Virus record (IMG/VR): IMGVR_UViG_3300021431_000076
Coordinates: 64,001-128,000 of that record
Length of the DNA stretch: 64,000 bases
Origin: a virus
Taxonomy: Duplodnaviria > Caudoviricetes
Direction: 5' to 3' (one strand)
Shown: one piece after another, positions 10,396 through 19,199 of the stretch
How positions within the stretch are numbered: position 1 is the stretch's first letter
How the letters are laid out: every line of letters begins with the position of its first letter
Position numbers and translations under genes: made by a program
The notes under the pieces: model-generated
Seen by the model: the letters and a program-made list of their open reading frames with translations, nothing else
Told to the model about the DNA's origin: nothing
The model's database searches: none

Positions 10396-12807
10396 TTGAA
10401 AAAGAGAGAAATAGATTTTTCTATGATGAATCCTAAACAGAATATTAGGATTGCTAAGAACATTCAGAACAATATAAATGATATCTATCAGAATACATAT
10501 TATTCTGATAATAAGGATTCCTCTTATATTGAAAATATCAGAAGAAAGATGGACCTTGATCTTAACTATCTTCAAGATAAGAATAAGATCCGTAATAATG
10601 GTGTAAATATCTCTGATCTGTATGCTAAGACATTAGCTAAAACAGATGAGGGAGTTATTAAAGAACTTAGAGGAGCATTGCAGGATGAATCCATGATTAC
10701 AGATATCATGGATATGTATTCTAAGAATGCTATTATTAAAGACTTAGATAGAGAGATAGATGTAGTATGTAAGTATATGCCTAAATTAGATCAGGCATTA
10801 GATATTAAAGCAGATCATGTTATGAGTGCAGATCATTTTAATGATGATCCATTAGAACTCACAATAAATAATAATGACTCTAATGCATCTACTAACTCTA
10901 ATCCTAAGTTTGGACAGAAGAAAGACTTAGATTCTTTCAAAGAGAAATATGATATTTATAATAGAGCAAGAAAGTGGTATGATAAGGCTTCTAAGTATGG
11001 TGAGTGTCCTGTATATATTACATCATATAATAAAGCATTACAGAGAATAATGCAAAGAACTGGTAAATCAGACTTATTATCAGAATCTGCTATTACTGAA
11101 GCAGTAGATAGCGTTTCTGTTCCATTGAAGTTTTCTTATACTATTCCTATTAATGAATCTATGAACGATTCAGAATTAGTAATAGAGAATAGTGGAGCTA
11201 TTAAAGAGGGATATACTGATATAGAGGTCGAATTAAACCCCTCAGGGGTAATACCCAGTGTAGTTACACAGCAAACTACTCTCAGACGTGTTTTGCGAGA
11301 ATCTCGTGGTGTATTTCAGGCTAAGGGCGTCAAATCTGACGACACATTACTCAGTAATGTAGGATATCTGAAAAATATGAATAAAGAATTCCAGAAATTT
11401 GCTAAAGAAGGAGGTTCTTTAAAACAACCTACGGCATTAGTAATTGATGGATTCTCTGATAGAGAAAAAAAGAAAAAGGAAATTGCTAAAATAGATGTAG
11501 CAGGAGCTGTTATTAAAATTCTAGATAGAAGTATGCTTAAGCCTTTATATATTGATGATACTTGCCTAGGATATTACTATATTGAAACTTCTGGTGGTAT
11601 GAAATTTGAAGAACAGACTACATTCACATCTACATTAGGTGGTTTAAGACCTAGAAGATCTACTAGAGATAGAGAAGATTTGGATAAGAAATCTCAAATA
11701 GATGATGTATTGATTAAGATTGCTAGAAGAATATCTCAGAAGATAGATGCTAACTTTATCAATGCTAATCAGGATCTTACACAAGAGATTTATGCTATTC
11801 TTAAATATAATGCAGATCATGGTGCTAATAGTAAAGTAGGTAAGATTAGAGTAACTTTCTTGCCTCCAGAAGATGTAGTAGTTATTGCATTTGATATCAA
11901 CGAAAATACACATAGAGGTAGATCTGATCTTTATAAATCTCTATTCCCTGCTAAATTATATTCTTGCTTGTATATCTCTAATACTATTGCTCTACTTACT
12001 AGAGGATATGATAAGAGAATTTATCAAGTAAGACAGACAGTAGATACCAATATCTCTGGTGTATTGATGAATGTTATTAATCAGATTAAACAGTCTAACT
12101 TCAATCTAAGACAGATTGAGAATATGAATAACATTATGAATATCACTGGTAGATTTAATGACTTAGTAATTCCTCAAAATGCTAATGGAGAATCACCAAT
12201 TAACTTTGAAGTATTACCTGGTCAGAATATAGAGATTAAAACAGACTTTATGAACTCTCTAGAAGAAATGGCAGTAGATCTTACTGGTGTTACTATAGAG
12301 ATGCTTAATGCTCGTAAGGATGAACAGACTGCTACTCATATTACTATGACCAACTCTAGATTCCTTATGAAGATTTATGCTAGACAACAAGCATATCAGA
12401 AGTTCTTATCTCTAATCTGTACTAAGATATATCAGGCAGAATATGATACTACTGATACTATAGAAGTAAAACTTCCGCCTCCTGCATTCCTTAACTTTAC
12501 AAATGTAACACAACTTCTTGGCTTAGGTGGAGAGCTAATCAATAACATTGTTCAGATGAAGATGGGTGCTGAACAAGATGAAGAAATCAAAGCAGAGTTT
12601 ATTGGTAAATTGATGAGATATTATTATGAGACATTCTTACCAATGGATGAAATAGATAAATTAGCAGATGAAGCAAAAATAGAAGTAGAAGCAAGAAGAC
12701 CTTCTGATCAAGTTGCTGCAGCTAGTATGCCACAACAAGGTGGTACTGAAGAAATGCCAAATACAGAAGAACCTCAAATGGGTGGAGAAGAACCACAACA
12801 ATTTTAA
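10396..12807 (+). CDS. portal protein (T4 gp20-like)
   Basis: PKLDQALDI, WYDKASKYG, LLTRGYDKRIYQV and EVLPGQN parallel T4 gp20 motifs; acidic C-tail; TTG start. Confidence 0.8.
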   Translation: MKKREIDFSMMNPKQNIRIAKNIQNNINDIYQNTYYSDNKDSSYIENIRRKMDLDLNYLQDKNKIRNNGVNISDLYAKTLAKTDEGVIKELRGALQDESMITDIMDMYSKNAIIKDLDREIDVVCKYMPKLDQALDIKADHVMSADHFNDDPLELTINNNDSNASTNSNPKFGQKKDLDSFKEKYDIYNRARKWYDKASKYGECPVYITSYNKALQRIMQRTGKSDLLSESAITEAVDSVSVPLKFSYTIPINESMNDSELVIENSGAIKEGYTDIEVELNPSGVIPSVVTQQTTLRRVLRESRGVFQAKGVKSDDTLLSNVGYLKNMNKEFQKFAKEGGSLKQPTALVIDGFSDREKKKKEIAKIDVAGAVIKILDRSMLKPLYIDDTCLGYYYIETSGGMKFEEQTTFTSTLGGLRPRRSTRDREDLDKKSQIDDVLIKIARRISQKIDANFINANQDLTQEIYAILKYNADHGANSKVGKIRVTFLPPEDVVVIAFDINENTHRGRSDLYKSLFPAKLYSCLYISNTIALLTRGYDKRIYQVRQTVDTNISGVLMNVINQIKQSNFNLRQIENMNNIMNITGRFNDLVIPQNANGESPINFEVLPGQNIEIKTDFMNSLEEMAVDLTGVTIEMLNARKDEQTATHITMTNSRFLMKIYARQQAYQKFLSLICTKIYQAEYDTTDTIEVKLPPPAFLNFTNVTQLLGLGGELINNIVQMKMGAEQDEEIKAEFIGKLMRYYYETFLPMDEIDKLADEAKIEVEARRPSDQVAAASMPQQGGTEEMPNTEEPQMGGEEPQQF

Positions 12808-12810
12808 CAC

Positions 12811-12913
12811 TAAACTCCCACTGCTCTGTTTCGAGCAGTGGGAATCTATAAGGAGGTATATATTAACAACAACAAGCAAAACAGAAAATGATACCGGCAT
12901 ATCATCATCCATT
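12811..12913 (-). ncRNA. putative late small RNA with anti-SD sequence
   Basis: Late promoter GACA-atagta-TAA (12924-12912); 5' hairpin; single-stranded tract containing ACCUCCUU; 11-bp terminator hairpin 12816-12843. Confidence 0.5.
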
Positions 12914-12980
12914 ATACTATTGTCAAAAAAAATGAGGGACCTTTTTACAGGTCCCCCATTTTTAATGTGGTGCTATATTA

Positions 12981-13505
12981 TTAGCACCACTTGTCATCTT
13001 CTTCCTCCTCCTTTCCTTTTTTCTCGGCGCTGGAAGATTTTACCAGGTATTTCTTTGCCTTGTCAGAGATTTCTTTTTTGAATTTTTCCTCCCTCTTTTC
13101 TTTCTCCGTGTTTGCTGCTACCTTGTTCAGATGAGCAAGCATCTTAGTAATGTTCTCAAGGGCTGCGTCCTGTTTCTGGATATGCTCCTCAATAGCGCTG
13201 ATACCCAAGTTTTCCTTAAGAGTATTCAGCTTCTGCTCACGTTCAGCTAACTGAGCATCTGCTTCTTTTTCTGCTTTTTCTTGCAGATGCTCAAACTGTT
13301 TTTGGCGGTATTGGTTTATCACCATACCGCCTACAGACGTGACAATATCCCAAGCCATCCACTTTACATTTGTGGACGTCTTGTTCTGCTTAACCAGATC
13401 TTCCTTATTCACTTTTTCAGTGAATTCGGCTAAGGTATCCTGCTGCTGCATTCCACCTGCTACCAGAGTTGCCAGAACATTTGCGATTTCGTTTGCGTTT
13501 GCCAT
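12981..13505 (-). CDS. early coiled-coil hypothetical protein (single-gene cassette)
   Basis: Own early promoter (13575-13582), SD AAGGAG, terminator at 12925-12963; GC higher than flanks. Confidence 0.7.
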   Translation of the reverse strand: MANANEIANVLATLVAGGMQQQDTLAEFTEKVNKEDLVKQNKTSTNVKWMAWDIVTSVGGMVINQYRQKQFEHLQEKAEKEADAQLAEREQKLNTLKENLGISAIEEHIQKQDAALENITKMLAHLNKVAANTEKEKREEKFKKEISDKAKKYLVKSSSAEKKGKEEEEDDKWC

Positions 13506-13574
13506 GATAAAGATCTCCTTTCAAATCAAACATGTAACACTTAATCTCTAGTGTTACTTCTCTTTATCACGACT

Positions 13575-13582
13575 ATAATATA
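13575..13582 (-). promoter_or_regulatory. early promoter TATATTAT (representative copy)
   Basis: Same core at 18219, 27865, 28591, 29014, 29299, 32856, 34158, 36440 (-) and 19033 (+); TATACTAT variant at 18016, 32715 (-) and 22032 (+); resembles phiKZ early TATATTAC. Confidence 0.8.
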
Positions 13583-13646
13583 CGTTTGAAAAATTCGATT
13601 TTTACAAAAAATAAGGTATAGGGATTTCTCCCTATACCTAGTATTA

Positions 13647-13814
13647 TTATTTCTTAGATGGTAATGACTTTTCTTTTGATTCTATAGGGGTATTAATCAT
13701 AGTCATATTAGATTTACCATTTACATCAAACTTAGTACCAAAGAATTTAGTCCATAGTTTAGCCAAGTCCTCAAATTCTTTTGTATCTAGCTCAATCTCA
13801 AGTTCAATCTTCAT
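13647..13814 (-). CDS. 55-aa hypothetical protein
   Basis: MKIELEIELDTKEFEDLAKLW...; GAGGTG SD; lies between helicase and terminator. Confidence 0.55.
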   Translation of the reverse strand: MKIELEIELDTKEFEDLAKLWTKFFGTKFDVNGKSNMTMINTPIESKEKSLPSKK

Positions 13815-13820
13815 ATTTAC

Positions 13821-15368
13821 TCACCTCACAAATTCTACTACTGTCTTTAATTTTTGTTGATTCATATTCTGCATCAGAGCTTTATCCCTTTCATCTAGCT
13901 CATTTACTTGTCTATCTAATTCTTCTTGAGATAACTTAATCTTGGTTCTTTGAGTAGCATAAGTTTCAAATACTCTTTGTTTAGATCTAAAGAAAGCATT
14001 AATAGCTTTAAATCCTGTATCTACCACTTCTATATACTTAGTATCTTTAGCTCTTGTTCTACCTAAAGACTGTATAGCTAACTTAGGAGATTTAAATGGT
14101 TCATTAAGAACTATAGTCATTTCTAGTCCAGCCAAATCTAATGCTTCTCCGGCAGATTTGGTAGTAGATAAGATTATCTTATTATCTAATTGAGCTCTCT
14201 TCATTTCTTTAGGAACAGCGGATGTATATATACCTATAGGAATATATGGGAAGTAATAATGTAACCAGTTATATGTGACTCCTATAGCATAGTTTGTTCC
14301 TATATAGATTAATACCTTACCTTCGGGAGATGTATTAGTTCCTATAATCTCCATAAGCAATCTAAGTATCTTAAAATAATTGGGTTTAGTTACTAGATAA
14401 TCAGTATACTTATTTCTATTGAAACCATACATATTTTGACAAGCACCAATATCAAATGGAGTAGGATTAGAGTTGAAATGAATAGATATATACTCAGTAT
14501 GAGGATCATTCTCTTCATCGAATAGACTTAATTTAGGTACTTTCTCATAACATCTTTGATATATTCTATCTTCATCTCGATCTGATCTCATAGGAGTAGC
14601 AGTAAGATAATAGGTCTTCCATACATCAGAGAAATTGTCTATCATCATAGTATTATCAAAATATAGATGAGATTCATCATATATCTTAATACCTATTCTT
14701 AGCATCTTAAAGAGATCATGTACTTTTTCCCATCCATTTGTTTTAGCATAAGAAGATATAGTATCATGAGAAACTAGATAAAACTTAATATGCTTAGGAT
14801 TATGTAATCCATTCATAAGTTTTACTATAGATGCTTTTCCTGCTATAATATAGATCTGATCTTCCCTTACATCTGTATACTGTAGTATTCTTTCTTTCCA
14901 TTGCTGTATCCAGTCTAAACTATATGTAATCATCATAGTCTTTACTCTATAATATGCAAATACAGCTATAGCAACAAATGTCTTACCAACTCCAGTATGC
15001 AGATTTAAGAATATCTGAGACCTTTCTCTATTACCACAGTATTGATCAGCACCTACACAGAATTTTAATGCTTCTACTTGTCTTTCATCTCTAGGTTTAA
15101 TCTTCATTTGAATCATAGAGAGTTTATCAAATGGATCTGGTTCATATTTAATAAACAATTCTCCACTAAAGTTTCTCTCTATAGCAAATTGATCCATTCC
15201 TGATGGTAAGTAAAGATCTTTGGTTTTACTATCATAATACATACCAAAAGGTTCTCTTCTAAATCTTGCTTTATTCCATATAGAGAACATCTTCTCTAAT
15301 ATTGGACTATCACCTATATCATAGTTATGAACTATGGTACAAGTATGTCTTCGTTCTACTTTAATCAT
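13821..15368 (-). CDS. superfamily 2 DExH helicase (UvsW-like)
   Basis: Walker A HTGVGKT, DESH, TAT, QSLGRTR. Confidence 0.9.
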   Translation of the reverse strand: MIKVERRHTCTIVHNYDIGDSPILEKMFSIWNKARFRREPFGMYYDSKTKDLYLPSGMDQFAIERNFSGELFIKYEPDPFDKLSMIQMKIKPRDERQVEALKFCVGADQYCGNRERSQIFLNLHTGVGKTFVAIAVFAYYRVKTMMITYSLDWIQQWKERILQYTDVREDQIYIIAGKASIVKLMNGLHNPKHIKFYLVSHDTISSYAKTNGWEKVHDLFKMLRIGIKIYDESHLYFDNTMMIDNFSDVWKTYYLTATPMRSDRDEDRIYQRCYEKVPKLSLFDEENDPHTEYISIHFNSNPTPFDIGACQNMYGFNRNKYTDYLVTKPNYFKILRLLMEIIGTNTSPEGKVLIYIGTNYAIGVTYNWLHYYFPYIPIGIYTSAVPKEMKRAQLDNKIILSTTKSAGEALDLAGLEMTIVLNEPFKSPKLAIQSLGRTRAKDTKYIEVVDTGFKAINAFFRSKQRVFETYATQRTKIKLSQEELDRQVNELDERDKALMQNMNQQKLKTVVEFVR

Positions 15369-15570
15369 TCTTTTTCACCATAGCTTTAAGTTTGTTAGGA
15401 GCTTGACCTACTATTTCATTGAATTCCTTATTGGCTTCTTTAAGATTATCACTACCAAATATATTGATAGTTTTATCTTTCAGTACATAGAATACATAGA
15501 TTCCAATACCAAAAGCTAAACTAAATACTAAGATAAACAAAGAGAATTGCTTAACAGTTTCTACAGTCAT
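15361..15570 (-). CDS. small membrane protein
   Basis: Start re-called at MTVETV behind GGAGG; one transmembrane helix. Confidence 0.55.
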   Translation of the reverse strand: MTVETVKQFSLFILVFSLAFGIGIYVFYVLKDKTINIFGSDNLKEANKEFNEIVGQAPNKLKAMVKKND

Positions 15571-15637
15571 ACTAAAACCTCCAAATAAAATATAGGAGAT
15601 GGGAATTCCCATCTCCTAATTGTCAAACTAAAATTAT

Positions 15638-17914
15638 TTATTCATCTAATCTATGCTTCTCGTATCCTTTAGGTCTTAAAGCATCCATGAAAGCTTTACT
15701 ATCAACAATCTCAGGATGACCAGGAACAACCCACATTACTGGACTAGTTCCTTCAGGAACAATCTTCTCATGACACTTATCCCATACTTCATGATCTACA
15801 TTCATATATTTTACAGGTTTATGCATATAGAATGGATCGAAGCAAGAAGTCTTAGTCTTCTTATAAGTCATGGGTTTATGAAGAGCTCTAGCAATATCCT
15901 GATATTTGAGAGATACTATAACAGATCTATTGTTAGACAAAGCTTCCTTAAGAGTTAATACTTCATAAGGCTCATTGTATCTACTCCAATCAGGCATCTC
16001 AAATCTATCATAAGCACTTCTAATCTGATTTGCTATAATGATTTCAAGATGTACAGAACGACAGTGAATCTTCCCTCTAATAACAGCATCAACAAGCTTC
16101 ATAATAAGCTCATCAATATTATACTGCTTAGTTATATCTTTCTTATCAATAAGATCAGTAAAGATATCCAATGCTTTACCAAGGTCATTATTCATCATCT
16201 TAAGATAGAACAGCTCCATATCTTGAAGTTCCATTAATGGAATTTCTAATACAGATTCGCTAAGATTATCTTCAGTTTCAGGAGAATCTTTAAGTTTATC
16301 TCTAATTATAGCAGTAAGAGCATTAGAGAAATACATTCTAGCTTTAGTATCATCCCCAGATTCCTTATCTATAATAGAAGATATAGCATATTCAGTTCCA
16401 TCAGGAGACTTGATAGTCATATCAGTGATATACTCATTATAGATCTCTGCTGTATCATCAGTAGTATCAAACTGACCATTGGAATAGAAGATATGCTTAA
16501 AGAAGTCACCATCATTCTCAAGCTGTACATCTTCACCCTTAATGATTAAACTCCATCCATCAAGACTTTCTATAGTCGGGAAAGTTTCATCATTAAGAAG
16601 AATAGCATTAGTATCTACTCTGAAGAACTTATAGAAATCCAATACCCAATTGATTGCTCTAATAACTGTCTCTAACAGATGCTTAGCAGACAATCTCATC
16701 TGAGTATACTGAGATGTGATTATCTCTGTAGCAATACGACCAACATTTATATCTCTATTGGTTCTTGCTAACTCACCATAACAATGTCTACAAATACCTT
16801 TACCCATAGCAAAAGATTTGCACATAGCAGGAGTTCTAAGGTAAATCCACTTACCTATAAGATTAGTACAATCTTTAGTAATCAAGAACTCAAAGCCATT
16901 TAATTCCATACGAGCATATCTATCAATGAAATGCTCTAACACTTCTTTATCTTTAATAAAGATATGAGCAAGATTATTTGTATGACAGTCATAATCCATA
17001 TCTGGATTTAAGAAAGTATCAATATTATTCAGACCTAAGATACGAGAGAATCCACCAGAGTCTCCTACATTCTTCTTAGAGATAATCTGTGCATTTCTTG
17101 CAGAATAAGCATCAATGTAGAAATACAGGAGATTGTCAAGACCACCAGTGATATAGGAAGTATTTACAATATCATGCAAGATACTACCATGACCATCAGG
17201 TTTGGTACCAATATTAAATGAATTTTCTTTCCATTGACGTTTATTGATACCTTCTTTAGCAGCAAATGGATTTCTTAAGCAATGTTCATGTCCCATGATT
17301 TTCTTAGAATCCATAAGCAATTCTATAGCTCTATCTGCTGCTTCCAAACCTCTATCTTTTACTTCTTCTAGAGGTATATTAGAATAGTCTTTATGAATCA
17401 AGTCATCATATTCAGGACAAGCATCCATCATCTCTATAGTATCTTCCAGATTCAATGTATTAGCAATATAGAAAGAAAAATCATCCACATCAAGGAAATT
17501 ATAGAGACAATCTGCTATGATATTATTCATAAGCACATTGTCCATATTCTCTCTTCGTTCTGTGATAAAATGTTTGTCAATAAATTTCTTGATATGACCA
17601 CTATTAGTATGCTTAGCAAATACTAAATGCCATGGCTTAATCTCTCTATCTCCATTGGCAATAATAGCATACCAGAGTATAATATTAAAAAAGTAATCGG
17701 TGATGCTAAGATCAACAGAATCTCCATTACCGAAATCAACGGTAATGAACATATGTTGTACATAGTCAGTCTCAATTCCATCCTTCATAATACTGAGAAT
17801 TCCATCATAATGGTTTCTCCAATTCTCTATGACTATATCTTTTGTATGAATAGTCATCTTTTGTTTTTGAACCAGCTCAGTGTACACATAGTAGTTGTTC
17901 AGATTCTCCAACAT
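15638..17914 (-). CDS. multisubunit phage RNA polymerase beta' subunit, C-terminal part (probably the non-virion RNAP)
   Basis: Bridge-helix-like RNAQIISKKNVGDSGGFSRIL; Zn site C..CKS..GICRHCYG; trigger-loop-like TQMRLSAKH; early-type promoter at 18016-18023. Confidence 0.85.
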   Translation of the reverse strand: MLENLNNYYVYTELVQKQKMTIHTKDIVIENWRNHYDGILSIMKDGIETDYVQHMFITVDFGNGDSVDLSITDYFFNIILWYAIIANGDREIKPWHLVFAKHTNSGHIKKFIDKHFITERRENMDNVLMNNIIADCLYNFLDVDDFSFYIANTLNLEDTIEMMDACPEYDDLIHKDYSNIPLEEVKDRGLEAADRAIELLMDSKKIMGHEHCLRNPFAAKEGINKRQWKENSFNIGTKPDGHGSILHDIVNTSYITGGLDNLLYFYIDAYSARNAQIISKKNVGDSGGFSRILGLNNIDTFLNPDMDYDCHTNNLAHIFIKDKEVLEHFIDRYARMELNGFEFLITKDCTNLIGKWIYLRTPAMCKSFAMGKGICRHCYGELARTNRDINVGRIATEIITSQYTQMRLSAKHLLETVIRAINWVLDFYKFFRVDTNAILLNDETFPTIESLDGWSLIIKGEDVQLENDGDFFKHIFYSNGQFDTTDDTAEIYNEYITDMTIKSPDGTEYAISSIIDKESGDDTKARMYFSNALTAIIRDKLKDSPETEDNLSESVLEIPLMELQDMELFYLKMMNNDLGKALDIFTDLIDKKDITKQYNIDELIMKLVDAVIRGKIHCRSVHLEIIIANQIRSAYDRFEMPDWSRYNEPYEVLTLKEALSNNRSVIVSLKYQDIARALHKPMTYKKTKTSCFDPFYMHKPVKYMNVDHEVWDKCHEKIVPEGTSPVMWVVPGHPEIVDSKAFMDALRPKGYEKHRLDE

Positions 17915-18043
17915 GCTGTTTCCTCTCCTTTAGAAAAAATTCATAAAATACCCTTATTGATATAATGTGCTGAAAGGTATTAAAAGTTATTATCCTTTCC
18001 TCCTTTCTCATTTATATAGTATATCTCTGTTTTTTAGTTTACC

Positions 18044-18215
18044 AAAAAAAATGAACTTCCTTGTTCATTTTATCTAAATGATATAGTGACGAGTATATTG
18101 CAAGCTGATTTTTTTTGAGTGTTTTTTATGGCAAGATATATATTATTGGCTACACATATATCTTAGTTATTGAAGGGATTATAGGTGGGTGTCATCCTTG
18201 ACTCACTATATCATT
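18044..18215 (-). ncRNA. putative 6S-like early non-coding RNA
   Basis: Early promoter 18219-18226; 13-bp closing stem (18077-89/18203-15); A/C-rich central bubble; 9-bp apical stem; terminator 18044-18071; no SD-led ORF seen. Confidence 0.6.
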
Positions 18216-18254
18216 ATAATAATATATAATTGAAAAATTTTTTACTTAAACAAT

Positions 18255-18400
18255 ATTGCACCAGTAGAGTCAACAGACTCTACTGGTTAGAGGTTTGTAG
18301 TAAAAGAAAGCAGAATTAAGATGAGAACTGAAAGGTCATATACTTATAGGGGAAAGTACATGATAAGAAGTATAATAGTTAGGGGTCTATCATCTTCTTT
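18255..18400 (-). ncRNA. putative late pyrimidine-rich small RNA
   Basis: Late promoter TACA-tctaaa-TAA (18411-18399); no SD-led ORF; ends at 12-bp hairpin 18260-18287. Confidence 0.4.
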
Positions 18401-18416
18401 ATTTAGATGTAAAAAC

Positions 18417-18443
18417 CTCTCTAGGGATTTCTCCCTAGAGAGT
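18417..18443 (-). terminator. TAGGGA-GAAA-TCCCTA hairpin terminator family
   Basis: Same core near 13619, 29330 and 36476, each at a gene 3' end. Confidence 0.75.
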
Positions 18444-18448
18444 TTATT

Positions 18449-18925
18449 TTAACGAACAACTTTAGTCATATCAAATGCTCTTGGAGAGAGCTTAATGAGT
18501 TTCTGTTGTGCTTTCTTAGCATCTCTACGAACCATGTTATTGTACTTCTTATAAATTCTATCAAGTAACTGACGTTCCTTAATACGATTCTTTCTAAGAA
18601 GTTCAAAGTCATTATCGCCTTTTTCACGAGCCATTTGCATTGATGCAAGCATAATACGACGATCAAGGTCAGCCTGTTTGCTCATACGAACAATAGCTTT
18701 ACGACCAACTACACCTGCTTCTTCTAAATATTTAAATTCATCAGAATTTAGATATTCATTTCTTTCAGCTTCATTCATAGATGCTACTCTATCTACAATC
18801 AAAGCTTCTAAGAAAGCAGCAGTATCAGTAATACCTTCTCCACCTTCTACGTTTTCATAAGTTTCATCCAGACTATCTACTGTCTGGAGATCTGCACTTT
18901 CATCAAGATTTCTAAATAATGGCAT
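18449..18925 (-). CDS. late hypothetical (probable virion) protein
   Basis: Late promoter 18994-18982; acidic N-terminus, basic C-terminus. Confidence 0.65.
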   Translation of the reverse strand: MPLFRNLDESADLQTVDSLDETYENVEGGEGITDTAAFLEALIVDRVASMNEAERNEYLNSDEFKYLEEAGVVGRKAIVRMSKQADLDRRIMLASMQMAREKGDNDFELLRKNRIKERQLLDRIYKKYNNMVRRDAKKAQQKLIKLSPRAFDMTKVVR

Positions 18926-19044
18926 TGTTAATTACCTCCTATATAGGAATTATTTGCTATAGCAAACACAAGTATAGTGTTTTATTGTAATGTTTTAGAA
19001 AGAAAGTTGTAGAGTAAAAAATTTTTTAGATATATATTATTTTA

Positions 19045-19134
19045 TTGAGTAGCAAAGAGAGATGGTAAGAGGTAGAGGCAACCACCTCTCTACTCCTATC
19101 AACTTTACATACACACTCCTCTACCTCTTTTTTT
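19045..19134 (+). promoter_or_regulatory. attenuator-like structured leader (or sRNA) upstream of the DNA polymerase operon
   Basis: Early promoter 19033-19040; competing helices; T7 run at 19128-19134. Confidence 0.5.
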
Positions 19135-19199
19135 AATAAACCATGATTTTCACACTAAGAGTAAGAAGCAGAATTTATCTGAACAAGGAGAATAAAATC

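Noticed and set aside
12661-13081. ORFs 12661-12912 (-) and 12713-13081 (+)
   Set aside because: They overlap the portal gene, run through strong terminator hairpins and lack an SD. The region is better explained as a small RNA unit.
18198-18230. Host sigmaA promoter TTGACT...TAATAT on the plus strand
   Set aside because: Spacing and -10 are suboptimal and it would run into a hairpin within ~30 nt. The phage early motif on the minus strand fits better.
18360-18452. 30-codon plus-strand ORF behind AGGGG
   Set aside because: No plus-strand phage promoter, and it reads through the terminator of the convergent gene.
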